A stretch of DNA of 49,022 bases from positions 1-49,022 of the forward strand of contig JAUSEW010000018.1 of assembly GCA_030651475.1 (NCBI GenBank). Direction: 5' to 3'. Position numbers and translations under genes: made by a program. The notes beneath the pieces are model-generated. The model was not told where the DNA came from. It made no database searches and was given only the letters and a program-made list of their open reading frames with translations. Below are positions 39,428-48,973 of this stretch, piece by piece. Within the stretch, counting starts at the first letter, position 1, and each line of letters begins with the position of its first letter. This DNA comes from Candidatus Levyibacteriota bacterium. GTDB taxonomy: Bacteria > Patescibacteriota > Microgenomatia > Levybacterales > UBA12049.

Positions 39428-42082
39428 ATGAAGGTAAACTTCTTCTTAACAAGATATATTGACAAATTGTCTTCTTCTATTTTTAAAATATCCGTAAGTA
39501 GCGTTAAGCCCAAAATAAATACCACGTCGCAGCTATTTGAAGATGCTTATAGAAATATAAATGAATTATTTCTAGAATTGCACACGTCTACAGAAGGTTT
39601 AATAAACGGACAAGGCAGAAAATTGCTGAAACAGTATGGATTAAATGAGGTAGCGCATGAGAAAAGAAAGCTTTGGCCGATACGTCTTCTAGCCACTTTT
39701 AATAATCCATTAGTTTTTCTTCTCTTATTTTTGGCAATAATATCTTTGATTACAAAAGATATCAAGACAGCGGGCATTATATTAATAATGGTTCTTTTAA
39801 GTGTGTTAATAAGATTTTTCGAAGAGAATCAGGCCTATAATGCTGCGGAAAGTTTAAGGTCTATGGTAAGAACAACGTGTACGGTAATAAGAAAAGGTAA
39901 GCCTAAAGAGATTGATCTTAAGCTAGTTGTCCCCGGAGATATAGTTAGGCTTTCGGCAGGGGATCTTGTTCCTGCAGACGTAAGGATGATTCAGAGTAAA
40001 GATTTATTCGTTAATCAATCATTGTTAACAGGAGAATCTTTGCCTGTTGAGAAGCATGCAGTTTTGCCCAAAGAAAAAGAACAGGATAATATATTTGAAT
40101 TACAAAATATGTGTTTTATGGGTACCAATGTTGAGAGCGGAGTAGCAACAGCCCTTGTTTTGCATACAGGGCGGAATACTTATTTTGGAAGCCTAGCGCA
40201 AAGCATAGTTGGACAGAGAAGTCTTACGAGTTTCGACAAAGGAATAGACCAATTTACATGGCTTATGATCAGATTTATGTTGGTTATGGCTCCGATTGTA
40301 TTTCTTATTAATGGATTGGGTAAAGGCAATTGGTGGGAAGCATTACTTTTCGCAATATCTGTTGCTGTCGGTTTAACTCCAGAAATGCTTCCGGCAATAG
40401 TAACAGTTAATCTTGCGAAAGGCGCAATTGCCATGGCAAAGAAAAAAGTTATAGTAAAAAGATTAAGCGCAATCCAAAACTTTGGAGCTATGAATATTCT
40501 TTGTACGGATAAAACAGGTACCCTTACACAGAATAGAATAGTTTTAATAAAAAACATCAATATTAGCGGAGAAACGGATTACAATATTTTACACCACGCA
40601 TATGTTAATAGTTTTTATCAAACAGGTTTCAAGAATATTTTGGACGAGGCGGTAATTAAGTACACGAAATCAAAAAATCTAAATTCCATAGGGAATACGT
40701 ATGAAAAGATAGACGAGTTGCCTTTTGATTTCATAAGAAGACGCCTTTCGGTTATCGTTAAAGACCAGAATGGCAAAAGGTTTTTAATCTGTAAGGGTGC
40801 AGTTGAGGAAGTTATGAGCATTTGCGAAAGATACGAATTGCATAAAACGCTTTATAAATTATCAGATGAAAATCGTAAGAAAATAAAATCTATGAATGAA
40901 GAATTTAGTCTTGATGGATTTAGAGTCATAGCTGTTTCCTATAAAGAAATAGATAGCAATCGTAAGCATTATAGTAAAGAAGATGAGGAAGACCTGACGT
41001 TTTTAGGCTTTATGACATTTTTCGATCCGCCAAAAGAAACAGCAGCTGCAGCGATTGCCAAGCTTCAGTCGCACGGAATAACAATAAAGGTCTTAACTGG
41101 GGATAATGAGCTTGTAACCAGAAAAATTTGCAGCGAAGTAGGATTGCAAGTTCAAAATTCCTTACTGGGACCGAAAATTGACAATATGACAGATAAGGAA
41201 TTGGAAGATGTTGTGGATGAAACTACAATTTTTGCCAAACTTTCCCCAGACGACAAAAAGAGAGTAATTAAAGCTTTACAGCGGAGAAAACATGCTGTTG
41301 GATTTTTAGGGGACGGGGTAAATGATGCGCCGGCCTTAAGGACAGCGGATGTTGGGATATCTGTAGATACGGCAGTTGATATCAGCAAAGAATCAGCCGA
41401 TATTATTCTTCTCGAAATGAGCTTAATGGTTCTTTCCGATGGCGTTATAGAAGGCAGAAAGGTTTTTGGTAACATTATCAAATATATTAAGATGGGAGCT
41501 AGTTCTAGCTTTGGAAATATGTTTAGCGTGATTGGAGCTAGTATATTTTTGCCGTTTTTGCCGATGATTCCGCTCCAGCTTCTGACTAATAATTTGCTTT
41601 ATGATTTTTCTCAAACTGCAATACCAACAGATAATGTTGACAAAGAGTACTTAGACAAGCCAAGAAAATGGGAGATAGCAGACATCAGGAGATTTATGAT
41701 ATTTATTGGTCCTATAAGCTCTATTTTTGATTACGTAACATTTGCTATAATGCTTGTCTTGTTTCACGCATGGAACAATCCTTCTTTATTTCAAACAGGT
41801 TGGTTTGTGGAATCGCTTCTTACGCAGGTTCTTATTGTCCATGTAATTAGAAGCAGAAAAATTCCGTTCATACAAACGTTGGCAAGCAAATCTTTAATTG
41901 CCACAACTGTTATTATTATGGCAATAGGAATTTCGCTCACGTTATTACCTGTGGGTCGTTTGTTTAGTTTCGTAAGATTGCCATTATTGTACTGGCCGTT
42001 ATTAGCATTAATTTTACTTTGTTATATTACGCTTACCCAGATAGTGAAGACTTGGTATATCAAAAAATTCGGCTATAATTAA
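39428..42082 (+). CDS. mgtA: Magnesium-translocating P-type ATPase
   Basis: TGES, AVGLTPEMLP, CTDKTGTLT, GDGVND, SSFGNMFS and FQTGWFVES. Confidence 0.92.
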   Translation: MKVNFFLTRYIDKLSSSIFKISVSSVKPKINTTSQLFEDAYRNINELFLELHTSTEGLINGQGRKLLKQYGLNEVAHEKRKLWPIRLLATFNNPLVFLLLFLAIISLITKDIKTAGIILIMVLLSVLIRFFEENQAYNAAESLRSMVRTTCTVIRKGKPKEIDLKLVVPGDIVRLSAGDLVPADVRMIQSKDLFVNQSLLTGESLPVEKHAVLPKEKEQDNIFELQNMCFMGTNVESGVATALVLHTGRNTYFGSLAQSIVGQRSLTSFDKGIDQFTWLMIRFMLVMAPIVFLINGLGKGNWWEALLFAISVAVGLTPEMLPAIVTVNLAKGAIAMAKKKVIVKRLSAIQNFGAMNILCTDKTGTLTQNRIVLIKNINISGETDYNILHHAYVNSFYQTGFKNILDEAVIKYTKSKNLNSIGNTYEKIDELPFDFIRRRLSVIVKDQNGKRFLICKGAVEEVMSICERYELHKTLYKLSDENRKKIKSMNEEFSLDGFRVIAVSYKEIDSNRKHYSKEDEEDLTFLGFMTFFDPPKETAAAAIAKLQSHGITIKVLTGDNELVTRKICSEVGLQVQNSLLGPKIDNMTDKELEDVVDETTIFAKLSPDDKKRVIKALQRRKHAVGFLGDGVNDAPALRTADVGISVDTAVDISKESADIILLEMSLMVLSDGVIEGRKVFGNIIKYIKMGASSSFGNMFSVIGASIFLPFLPMIPLQLLTNNLLYDFSQTAIPTDNVDKEYLDKPRKWEIADIRRFMIFIGPISSIFDYVTFAIMLVLFHAWNNPSLFQTGWFVESLLTQVLIVHVIRSRKIPFIQTLASKSLIATTVIIMAIGISLTLLPVGRLFSFVRLPLLYWPLLALILLCYITLTQIVKTWYIKKFGYN

Positions 42083-42084
42083 TC

Positions 42085-42276
42085 CTATTTTTCCGAAACT
42101 GCCGCATACAAATGTCCCAATAGACTTAATCCAATCAGGCCTAATCCCCAGCGTAAAGGATGAATGCCCACTATCGGGCTTGCTATCAGAACGCCTATTC
42201 CTATGCCTCCGACTGCATGAACGAAGGAATTGTACGTGACGTGTTTCTTAAAATAGTTTGTTATTTTTTTATACAT
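42085..42276 (-). CDS. Small two-TM membrane protein
   Basis: 63 aa, hydrophobic; strong SD AGGAGGTG at 42288-42281. Confidence 0.7.
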   Translation of the reverse strand: MYKKITNYFKKHVTYNSFVHAVGGIGIGVLIASPIVGIHPLRWGLGLIGLSLLGHLYAAVSEK

Positions 42277-42313
42277 TTTTCACCTCCTTCTAATATCAGG
42301 ATATCACAAGTAA

Positions 42314-42360
42314 AGGTTAAATTCTTGGAAATAGGGGTTTTTGGGAGGTGATTTTGGGAC
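42314..42360 (-). repeat. Orphan copy of the metG 3' end
   Basis: 43/47 identical to 43544-43590; reads PKITSQKPLFPRI*. Confidence 0.9.
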
Positions 42361-42385
42361 AGTAGAATTTGCTCTGATCTTAAAT

Positions 42386-42411
42386 ACTTCAATGATTTAA
42401 ATCATTGAAGT
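42386..42411. promoter_or_regulatory. Perfect 26-bp palindrome downstream of the TrpR-like gene
   Basis: ACTTCAATGATTT|AAATCATTGAAGT. Confidence 0.75.
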
Positions 42412-42863
42412 CAGAATGCCTTTTTATTTTTTTCTCTATGCTTATCAACTTCTTGTTTTAAGTAACGCCAAACTGTTCCGCCTTTTCTTGCTTTAGTTGG
42501 AAAAGATAGGACTTTTGAAACTGATTCGTCTATCATATCAATTAACTTTTCTTCCTTGAGAATTTTATTAAGAAGATTTCTGTATCCCTCGCTTCCGTAT
42601 CGAATTGCCATATTCACGGATGTAATAGTAGGAGCGCTTACTCTAATAATTTTTTGAATAGTTCGGTAGTCATAATCTTTTTGCAGAAGGAGTGCTATTG
42701 TGAGTCTTTTTGCTAGCATAATTTTTTCTGTAGGCGTTAGGAGATCAGAGATAAATTGATCTGCTTCTCCTTGAGTATGAATCTTAACTAAGCTTTTTAG
42801 AAAGATTTCAAAAATTCGATCAGCAATCTCTTTTGAAATAGGGTACTTGGAAACTTGCGTCAT
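42411..42863 (-). CDS. TrpR/YerC-like HTH protein
   Basis: FISDLLTPTEKIMLAKRL..LL..YRTIQKIIRVSAPTITSV. Confidence 0.82.
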   Translation of the reverse strand: MTQVSKYPISKEIADRIFEIFLKSLVKIHTQGEADQFISDLLTPTEKIMLAKRLTIALLLQKDYDYRTIQKIIRVSAPTITSVNMAIRYGSEGYRNLLNKILKEEKLIDMIDESVSKVLSFPTKARKGGTVWRYLKQEVDKHREKNKKAF

Positions 42864-42869
42864 ACAATA

Positions 42870-42916
42870 CTTTAATGATTTAAATCATTAAAGCAGATAT
42901 GCTTGTATTTTGTCAA
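42870..42916 (-). promoter_or_regulatory. Promoter with a 24-bp palindromic operator over the -10
   Basis: TTGACA (42916-42911), 18 bp, TTTAAT inside CTTTAATGATTT|AAATCATTAAAG (42870-93). Confidence 0.7.
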
Positions 42917-42938
42917 TAAGCATTTCTTTAATGGGAAA

Positions 42939-42976
42939 TTATATCTTGGAAAAAGAAGGATTTGGAAAGAAATTTT
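42939..42976 (-). repeat. Second, more decayed copy of the metG 3' end
   Basis: TTATATCTTGGAAAAAGAAGGATTTGGAAAGAAATTTT; reads KISFQILLFPR, with a 1-bp deletion before the stop. Confidence 0.55.
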
Positions 42977-43043
42977 ATTCACGCTCAACCCCAGGGGTCG
43001 AAAACCAATATACAGTTAAGCAAAATAAAAGAAATCCTATAGT

Positions 43044-43072
43044 TTGACTTGAAGGTTTTATTACAGTATAAT
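43044..43072 (+). promoter_or_regulatory. Near-consensus promoter, leaderless configuration
   Basis: TTGACT, 17 bp, TATAAT; ATG 7 nt downstream. Confidence 0.7.
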
Positions 43073-43079
43073 TCCTCTT

Positions 43080-43550
43080 ATGAATTTGAAAGAAAGATGG
43101 GGAGTTTTAACAGAAGTCAAAACAGCTCCTGTGCCAAAGTTAACTCCAGAATTAATGATAAAGATTAATGCAGTCTACGAGAAACTTTCTTCTAGGAAAG
43201 GATTTCCTACTAACTACTGTGGTCCAGCTATGCAGGAATTAAGAAGGTTGGGATTTCAAGGTATTAGAGGATTTTTCCAAGTTGGTAGATCTGGGGATTT
43301 AGATTTACTTCTGGATCATTCTCATGATTGGGCAGAGGATGCAGGTGGGAAAATTATAGACCTTACAGCAGCACAATATAATAGAGAGAAGTCCTTAGGA
43401 GCAGTTATACCATCTGGAGTTTTGATAATAGATAAAGAGAACCCTTTATATGAAAGATACATAATACTCGAAAGACTTCCAACGAGACCTTTATTCCCTA
43501 CGCCAAAGGACGTATTCTCAAAATGGAAAGTAGTTTTGCTAGGAGGTTAA
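43080..43550 (+). CDS. Hypothetical protein with possible Cys-His-Asp (transglutaminase/papain-like) triad
   Basis: NYCG...HSHDWAE...IIDLTAAQY; has its own promoter. Confidence 0.6.
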   Translation: MNLKERWGVLTEVKTAPVPKLTPELMIKINAVYEKLSSRKGFPTNYCGPAMQELRRLGFQGIRGFFQVGRSGDLDLLLDHSHDWAEDAGGKIIDLTAAQYNREKSLGAVIPSGVLIIDKENPLYERYIILERLPTRPLFPTPKDVFSKWKVVLLGG

Positions 43551-44983
43551 ATTCTCGGAAAAAGGGGGTTTTGGGAGGTGATTTTTGGACCTTTAAATTG
43601 TTCTTCGATTTTTTCTGCGGTTTCGGGTAAAAATGGTTCGAGAAGCACTGCAATTTCCTGAATTTGATCAACTGCATGGGAAAGTATAGTTTTTAATTTT
43701 GGAGAATTTTGTTTTGCCAATTCCCAAGGCTTTTCGTTGTTGATATAGCGGTCAAGTTCTGTAATTTTGGTCCACACGAAAGAAAGAGCATCATTAAGAC
43801 GGTACTGCGAAAAGCTTTCAGAATATTCTTCAACAGAAATTAAGTGGCTTGAGGTTTTACCTGCTCCTTCCATCTGGCGGTAATTTGAAGTTTCACAAAG
43901 TTTTGCAACGCGGGAAATTAAATTTCCCAGTCCATTTGCCAGATCGGCATTATAAGCTTGCTTAAGTTTTTCTTCCGAAATATCACTATCGTTTGTAAGA
44001 TTGGTATATCTTAAAAGATAATATCGTACTGCATCTGCTCCATATTTTTTAACCCAATCGGTTGGCCTAATAATATTTCCCAATGATTTGCTAATTTTTC
44101 GTCCGTTAAGATTTAAAAATCCATTTACAAGAATTGTTTTTGGTAGTTTGATATTTGCAGATTTTAGCATCGCAGGCCACAAGAGAGCATGCCATCTCAA
44201 ATTGTCTTTTCCTAAAATATGTACATCTGCAGGCCAAAATTTCTCAAACAATTTTTTATTTTCCAGAAATCCTACGCCTGTTAAATAGTTTGTTAAAGCA
44301 TCAAACCAAACGTACATAACTTGTTTTGTTTCATTGGGAATCGGAACTCCCCAGGTAAAGTTAGATCTTGAAATTGGAATATCTTTTATATTTTTGGCAA
44401 ACTCTAACATTTCGTTTGCTCGGTGTTGGGGAAAAATAAAATCCGGGTTATTCTTAATGTGCTTAATTAGAAAATCTTTGTATTTGGACCATTTGAAGAA
44501 ATAATTTTCTTCAGTTATTTTTTTAATTTCTAGGTTTGGGTGAAAAGAGCATTTGCCATTTTTTAAATCCGAATCATCACAATAAGCTTCGCATCCTTCG
44601 CAATAAAGACCGCTATATTCGCCAAGATAAATATCTCCATTTTCATCAACTCTTTTCCAAATTTCTTGAGCAACTTTGGCGTGATCTTCATCTGTAGTTT
44701 CTATAAATCTGTCATAAGAAATATTTACAGAATCTTGTTGTTCTTTATCAGTTGCGGCAATTTTTCTTACGAACTCCAAGGGAGATATGCCGGATGCTTT
44801 TGCAGCTTTTTCTGCTTTTTGTCCATATTCATCAGTACCGGTAAGAAAGAAAACGTTATCTTTGCCAAGCAGTATGCGATTGTATCTGGCCAAAACATCC
44901 GCAGCTATTTTTTGGAAAGCATGGCCAATATGAATAGTATCGTTAACGTAGTCGATGGCTGTTGTGATGTAAAATTTATTCAT
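43547..44983 (-). CDS. metG: Methionyl-tRNA synthetase (short form)
   Basis: HIGH, TGTDEYGQK, YCEGCE, YVWFDAL, KISKS and LFPRI. Confidence 0.96.
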   Translation of the reverse strand: MNKFYITTAIDYVNDTIHIGHAFQKIAADVLARYNRILLGKDNVFFLTGTDEYGQKAEKAAKASGISPLEFVRKIAATDKEQQDSVNISYDRFIETTDEDHAKVAQEIWKRVDENGDIYLGEYSGLYCEGCEAYCDDSDLKNGKCSFHPNLEIKKITEENYFFKWSKYKDFLIKHIKNNPDFIFPQHRANEMLEFAKNIKDIPISRSNFTWGVPIPNETKQVMYVWFDALTNYLTGVGFLENKKLFEKFWPADVHILGKDNLRWHALLWPAMLKSANIKLPKTILVNGFLNLNGRKISKSLGNIIRPTDWVKKYGADAVRYYLLRYTNLTNDSDISEEKLKQAYNADLANGLGNLISRVAKLCETSNYRQMEGAGKTSSHLISVEEYSESFSQYRLNDALSFVWTKITELDRYINNEKPWELAKQNSPKLKTILSHAVDQIQEIAVLLEPFLPETAEKIEEQFKGPKITSQNPLFPRI

Positions 44984-44990
44984 AGTTAAG

Positions 44991-45335
44991 CTATTTTAGC
45001 AGTTTAGGTCCTTTTTTTAAAGAAAGCTCGAGGCTTATGAAAAGAGCGATAAGAATAATCAGGAATAAAGGGTGAGTGAGGTGAATAAAGCGCAGGAAAA
45101 GATAGACTGTTGCAAAAAGTCCAAAAAGCAATCCTTGTTTGGTGCTAATGAAAAGATAGGAAAATATGGAATAAATGAAAAGAAAAATCAGAAGGAAGAA
45201 AACGTATATAAATGGAAAATGAAAGATGGAAAATGGAAAATTTGCCGTTGGAGATTGATAGATTGCAAGGTAGATAAGCGAAGTTAAGGATAAAAGGCCA
45301 AGAATAAGAAGCATGGAGGGATGTTTTCGCCGCAT
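44991..45335 (-). CDS. Small membrane protein
   Basis: 3-4 TM; likely start MRRKHPS at 45335; contains heptamer array 45210-45244. Confidence 0.6.
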   Translation of the reverse strand: MRRKHPSMLLILGLLSLTSLIYLAIYQSPTANFPFSIFHFPFIYVFFLLIFLFIYSIFSYLFISTKQGLLFGLFATVYLFLRFIHLTHPLFLIILIALFISLELSLKKGPKLLK

Positions 45336-45374
45336 ATAATCTAGTTTAACACAGTTTTTATTAATTATACCCAC

Positions 45375-45411
45375 TTGACAGAGATTAGCAGTTATGGTAT
45401 TTTACTGCTAA
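45375..45411 (+). promoter_or_regulatory. hrcA promoter overlapped by a CIRCE-like operator
   Basis: TTGACA (45375-80); TTAGCAGTT-N9-TACTGCTAA (45385-45411) spans the TG-extended -10. Confidence 0.8.
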
Positions 45412-45415
45412 CCCT

Positions 45416-46150
45416 ATGCATGATTTAACTCAAAGACAAATAGAAATTTTAAAAAGCATTATTGAAGAATACATAAACACAGCCGAAGCTGTGGGATCTG
45501 AAACATTGGAGAAGAAATATAATCTAAGCGCTTCTCCTGCAACTATCAGGAATGAAATGGTGCGTCTTACAGATATGGGATATCTGAAAAAAACCCATAC
45601 TTCTTCAGGACGAGCGCCTACTTCTCAAGGCTTGAAATTTTATGTTAAGCAGTTGATGAAGGAAAAAGACCTTTCCGTTACAGAAGAGGTTGCTCTGAAA
45701 GAAAGTCTTTGGGATTATAAAGACAAAACTGACAAATTCTTAAGAGAGTTAACGAAATCATTGGCTTTAAAAACGAAATCTTTGGCTATTGTCTCAACAA
45801 ACGAAGGAGATATCTATGCTGCCGGATATGCCAATATTTTGGATATGCCTGAATTTTTTGACATAGATGTTACGAGAAGTTTGCTTTCTGTTATTGACGA
45901 ATGCGATTATTTTAACAAGATCTGTTCGCAAGCTTTAGGGGAAGAAGATGTTCATGTGCTTTTGGGTGAAGAATTAGGTCCAAAACTTAATGGTCCGTAC
46001 GGTTTCATTTTTACGCATTTTACAACTCCGGCTAAAATACAAGGAGAGGTTGGGGTTTTAGGTCCGGCAAGGTTAAATTTTACAGAAATTATTCCAACAG
46101 TTAGATATTTTGGGGGACTGATTGAGGAATTAGCCAAAGATTGGGTTTAA
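45416..46150 (+). CDS. hrcA: Heat-inducible repressor HrcA (short form)
   Basis: RQIEILKSIIEEYI..VGS..SPATIRNEM..HTSSGRAPT; VGVLGPARL. Confidence 0.92.
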   Translation: MHDLTQRQIEILKSIIEEYINTAEAVGSETLEKKYNLSASPATIRNEMVRLTDMGYLKKTHTSSGRAPTSQGLKFYVKQLMKEKDLSVTEEVALKESLWDYKDKTDKFLRELTKSLALKTKSLAIVSTNEGDIYAAGYANILDMPEFFDIDVTRSLLSVIDECDYFNKICSQALGEEDVHVLLGEELGPKLNGPYGFIFTHFTTPAKIQGEVGVLGPARLNFTEIIPTVRYFGGLIEELAKDWV

Positions 46151-46161
46151 AAAAATTAAAT

Positions 46162-46641
46162 ATGACAGACGAAGGAAAAACAAAGAAAACTGACGATAAA
46201 TCTAAAAAAGAAATAGAAGAGTTAAAAATAAAGATAGAAGAACTTGACAATAAATATAAAAGAGCATTAGCAGACTATCTAAATTTGGAAAAAAGAGTAG
46301 GACAAGAGCAAAGAGATTGGATTGTTAAGGCAAATAGACAGCTTATTATACGGCTCTTGCCAATTTTGGATACATTAATGCTTGCAGGAGAGCATGTTAA
46401 GGATGAAAGTTTGCCCTTGAGCATTAAACAGTTTTTAGATATACTAAAGAGTGAGGGTGTACAAAGGATTGAAACTGTTGGTCAGGAATTTAATCCGAGA
46501 ACAATGCAATGCGTAGAAACGATTGAGGGGGAAGAGGGAAAAGTAATGTCCGAAATAAGAGCAGGATTTTTAATGCAAGAGGAAATTCTAAGAGCTGCTT
46601 TGGTTAGAGTAGGTTCTGCAAAGCAGAATCAAAAGGAATAA
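46162..46641 (+). CDS. grpE: Nucleotide exchange factor GrpE
   Basis: [21 protein letters not shown] and LRAALVRV; start moved to ATG 46162. Confidence 0.92.
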   Translation: MTDEGKTKKTDDKSKKEIEELKIKIEELDNKYKRALADYLNLEKRVGQEQRDWIVKANRQLIIRLLPILDTLMLAGEHVKDESLPLSIKQFLDILKSEGVQRIETVGQEFNPRTMQCVETIEGEEGKVMSEIRAGFLMQEEILRAALVRVGSAKQNQKE

Positions 46642-46643
46642 GT

Positions 46644-48572
46644 ATGGGAAAAATAATTGGAATTGATTTAGGCACAACGAATTCATGTGTTGCTGTAATG
46701 GAAGGTGGAGCACCAAAAGTAATCCATTCCAGAGAAGGCAGAAACACTATTCCTTCCGTGGTTGATCCGGTAACCCACGTTGTAGGAGATGTTGCCAAAC
46801 GTCAACTTGTCTTAAAACCCAAAAATACAATCTTTTCTATCAAAAGATTAATGGGAAAGAAGTTTAAAGACGAGAGTGTTCAGTTTGATATGAAATGGCT
46901 TCCTTACACCATTAAAGAAGGAAGAGACGGAATGGCAGTAGTAGAAGTGGACGGAAAAACTTTAACTCCACAGGAAGTTTCAGCCTCTATCTTACAGAAA
47001 ATTAAAGCTGATGCAGAAGGCTATCTTGGAGGAAAAGTAACTCAAGCAGTTATTACAGTTCCTGCATATTTTGATGATTCTCAGCGCCAGGCTACAAAAC
47101 AGGCTGGAGAAATCGCAGGTTTGGAAGTTCTACGAATTATAAATGAACCAACCGCAGCAGCTCTTGCATATGGACTTGATAAAAAGAATGCCCATACAAT
47201 CGCAGTTTATGATCTTGGAGGCGGAACTTTTGATATATCAATTCTTGAACTTGGTGAAGGAGTATATGAAGTAAAATCCACAAATGGAGATACTCATCTT
47301 GGAGGAGATGATTTTGATCAGGTAATAATCAATTTTCTTGCAGAAGAATTTGAAAAAGAGAATAACGTAGATTTGAGGAAGGATTCTCAAGCACTTCAGC
47401 GCCTTCGAGAGTCAGCTGAAAAAGCAAAGATTGAATTATCAACATCTACTGAAGCACAAATTAATCAGCCTTTTATAACTCAGGGTTCATCAGGTCCTCT
47501 TCATTTAACCATGACCTTGTCACGGGCAAAGCTTGAGCAAATAGTTGATGACTTGGTTCAAAAAACTCTAAAACCGGTAGAGCAAGCACTAAAAGATGCA
47601 AAAGTAAAAGTCAGTGATATTGATGAAATAGTTTTGGTAGGTGGAATGACCAGAATGCCAGCAGTGCAAAAAGCAGTCCAGGATTTTTTTGGCAAAGAAC
47701 CACACAAAGGAATTAATCCAGATGAAGTGGTAGCAGTAGGGGCTGCTATTCAGGGAGGAGTTTTGGGAGGAGAAGTAAAATCAGTGCTTTTATTGGATGT
47801 GACTCCCCTAACTTTAGGTTTGGAAACTTTGGGTGGAGTTAGAACTCCTCTAATTTCTCGAAATACCACTATTCCCACTTCTAAAACAGAAGTTTTCTCC
47901 ACTGCTGCTGATAACCAAACTCAGGTAGAAATTAATGTTTTGCAAGGTGAGCGGGAAATGGCTTCAGATAATAAAACATTAGGCAGGTTTGTTTTAGATG
48001 GAATTCCAACAGCACCCCGAGGTGTTCCTCAAATTGAGGTTACTTTTGATATTGATGCCAATGGAATTTTAAATGTTTCAGCCAAAGATAAAGCTACTGG
48101 CAAAGAACAAAAAATTACTATTACAGGTTCCACTGGTTTATCTAAAGAAGAAGCAGCCAAGATGACCAAAGAAGCAGAAGCTCATGCTGAGGAAGACAGA
48201 AAGAAAAAAGAAGAAATTGATGTTAAAAATCAGGCAGATACTTTAGTTTATACTACAGAAAGATCGCTTAAAGATGCTGGAGATAAAGTTTCAGCAGAAA
48301 TTCGAATTGATGTTGAACAAAAATTAAATGATCTCAAAGGGGTAATTCAAACAGCATCTTCTGAAGATTTAAAACTAAAGATGGAAGCACTCTCTGAGGC
48401 TGTGCAAAAAATTGGTGCAGCAATGTATGGTTCGACAGGCTCACCACAGGATGGTCAAGGAGAGCCTGAAATTAAACCTGAAGAAGAAGTGGAAGCTCAT
48501 GAAGAAGAAGGTCAAACAGATACTAAACAGGCAGTTGAGGGAGAAGTAGTGGAGGATAAAAATGGTAAATAG
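46644..48572 (+). CDS. dnaK: Chaperone DnaK
   Basis: [23 protein letters not shown] and NPDEVVA. Confidence 0.98.
   Translation: MGKIIGIDLGTTNSCVAVMEGGAPKVIHSREGRNTIPSVVDPVTHVVGDVAKRQLVLKPKNTIFSIKRLMGKKFKDESVQFDMKWLPYTIKEGRDGMAVVEVDGKTLTPQEVSASILQKIKADAEGYLGGKVTQAVITVPAYFDDSQRQATKQAGEIAGLEVLRIINEPTAAALAYGLDKKNAHTIAVYDLGGGTFDISILELGEGVYEVKSTNGDTHLGGDDFDQVIINFLAEEFEKENNVDLRKDSQALQRLRESAEKAKIELSTSTEAQINQPFITQGSSGPLHLTMTLSRAKLEQIVDDLVQKTLKPVEQALKDAKVKVSDIDEIVLVGGMTRMPAVQKAVQDFFGKEPHKGINPDEVVAVGAAIQGGVLGGEVKSVLLLDVTPLTLGLETLGGVRTPLISRNTTIPTSKTEVFSTAADNQTQVEINVLQGEREMASDNKTLGRFVLDGIPTAPRGVPQIEVTFDIDANGILNVSAKDKATGKEQKITITGSTGLSKEEAAKMTKEAEAHAEEDRKKKEEIDVKNQADTLVYTTERSLKDAGDKVSAEIRIDVEQKLNDLKGVIQTASSEDLKLKMEALSEAVQKIGAAMYGSTGSPQDGQGEPEIKPEEEVEAHEEEGQTDTKQAVEGEVVEDKNGK
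48428..48446. repeat. Single REP-like hairpin in the dnaK tail
   Basis: TGGT-TCGACAGGCTC-ACCA; shares the TTCGAC..GCTCA core with 8877-8902. Confidence 0.6.
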
Positions 48573-48915
48573 AGAGCTAAGTCCTGAAAAAGCAGAGGCA
48601 CTTTGGGAAAAAATGGATGATTTAGGTTATGCAGGTAAGCTGGGAAGTAATAAACCTGTAGCAACTCAATTAATTAAAGAAGCTGATCAAGCACAACAAA
48701 CAAAACAAATTTCTCCAGAAATTCTACAAGATGCTCAGTCAGAGCTTATGCCCATGAGTGATTTGGAAAAAAGAGAAGCCGATAGACAGGAAACTGCAAA
48801 CAGATTACAACCAAACGGTCGTTATAAATCTAGTCGTAGAAAATCTGGAATAAAAAACCCAATTGATGGTTCGTCTGTTATGAATTATATTAAGAAAAGT
48901 AGATCATATGGATAA
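48562..48915 (+). CDS. Orphan hypothetical protein between dnaK and dnaJ
   Basis: 117-aa ORF overlapping the dnaK end, preceded by GGAGG. Confidence 0.55.
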   Translation: MVNRELSPEKAEALWEKMDDLGYAGKLGSNKPVATQLIKEADQAQQTKQISPEILQDAQSELMPMSDLEKREADRQETANRLQPNGRYKSSRRKSGIKNPIDGSSVMNYIKKSRSYG

Positions 48916-48945
48916 GCTATTGATTGAAGTTATCAATCAAAGTTG

Positions 48946-48968
48946 GCCTCGGGAAACCGAGGCTTTTT
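48946..48968 (+). terminator. Intrinsic terminator-like hairpin directly before dnaJ
   Basis: GCCTCGG-GAAA-CCGAGGC-TTTTT. Confidence 0.75.
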
Positions 48969-48973
48969 AAATT

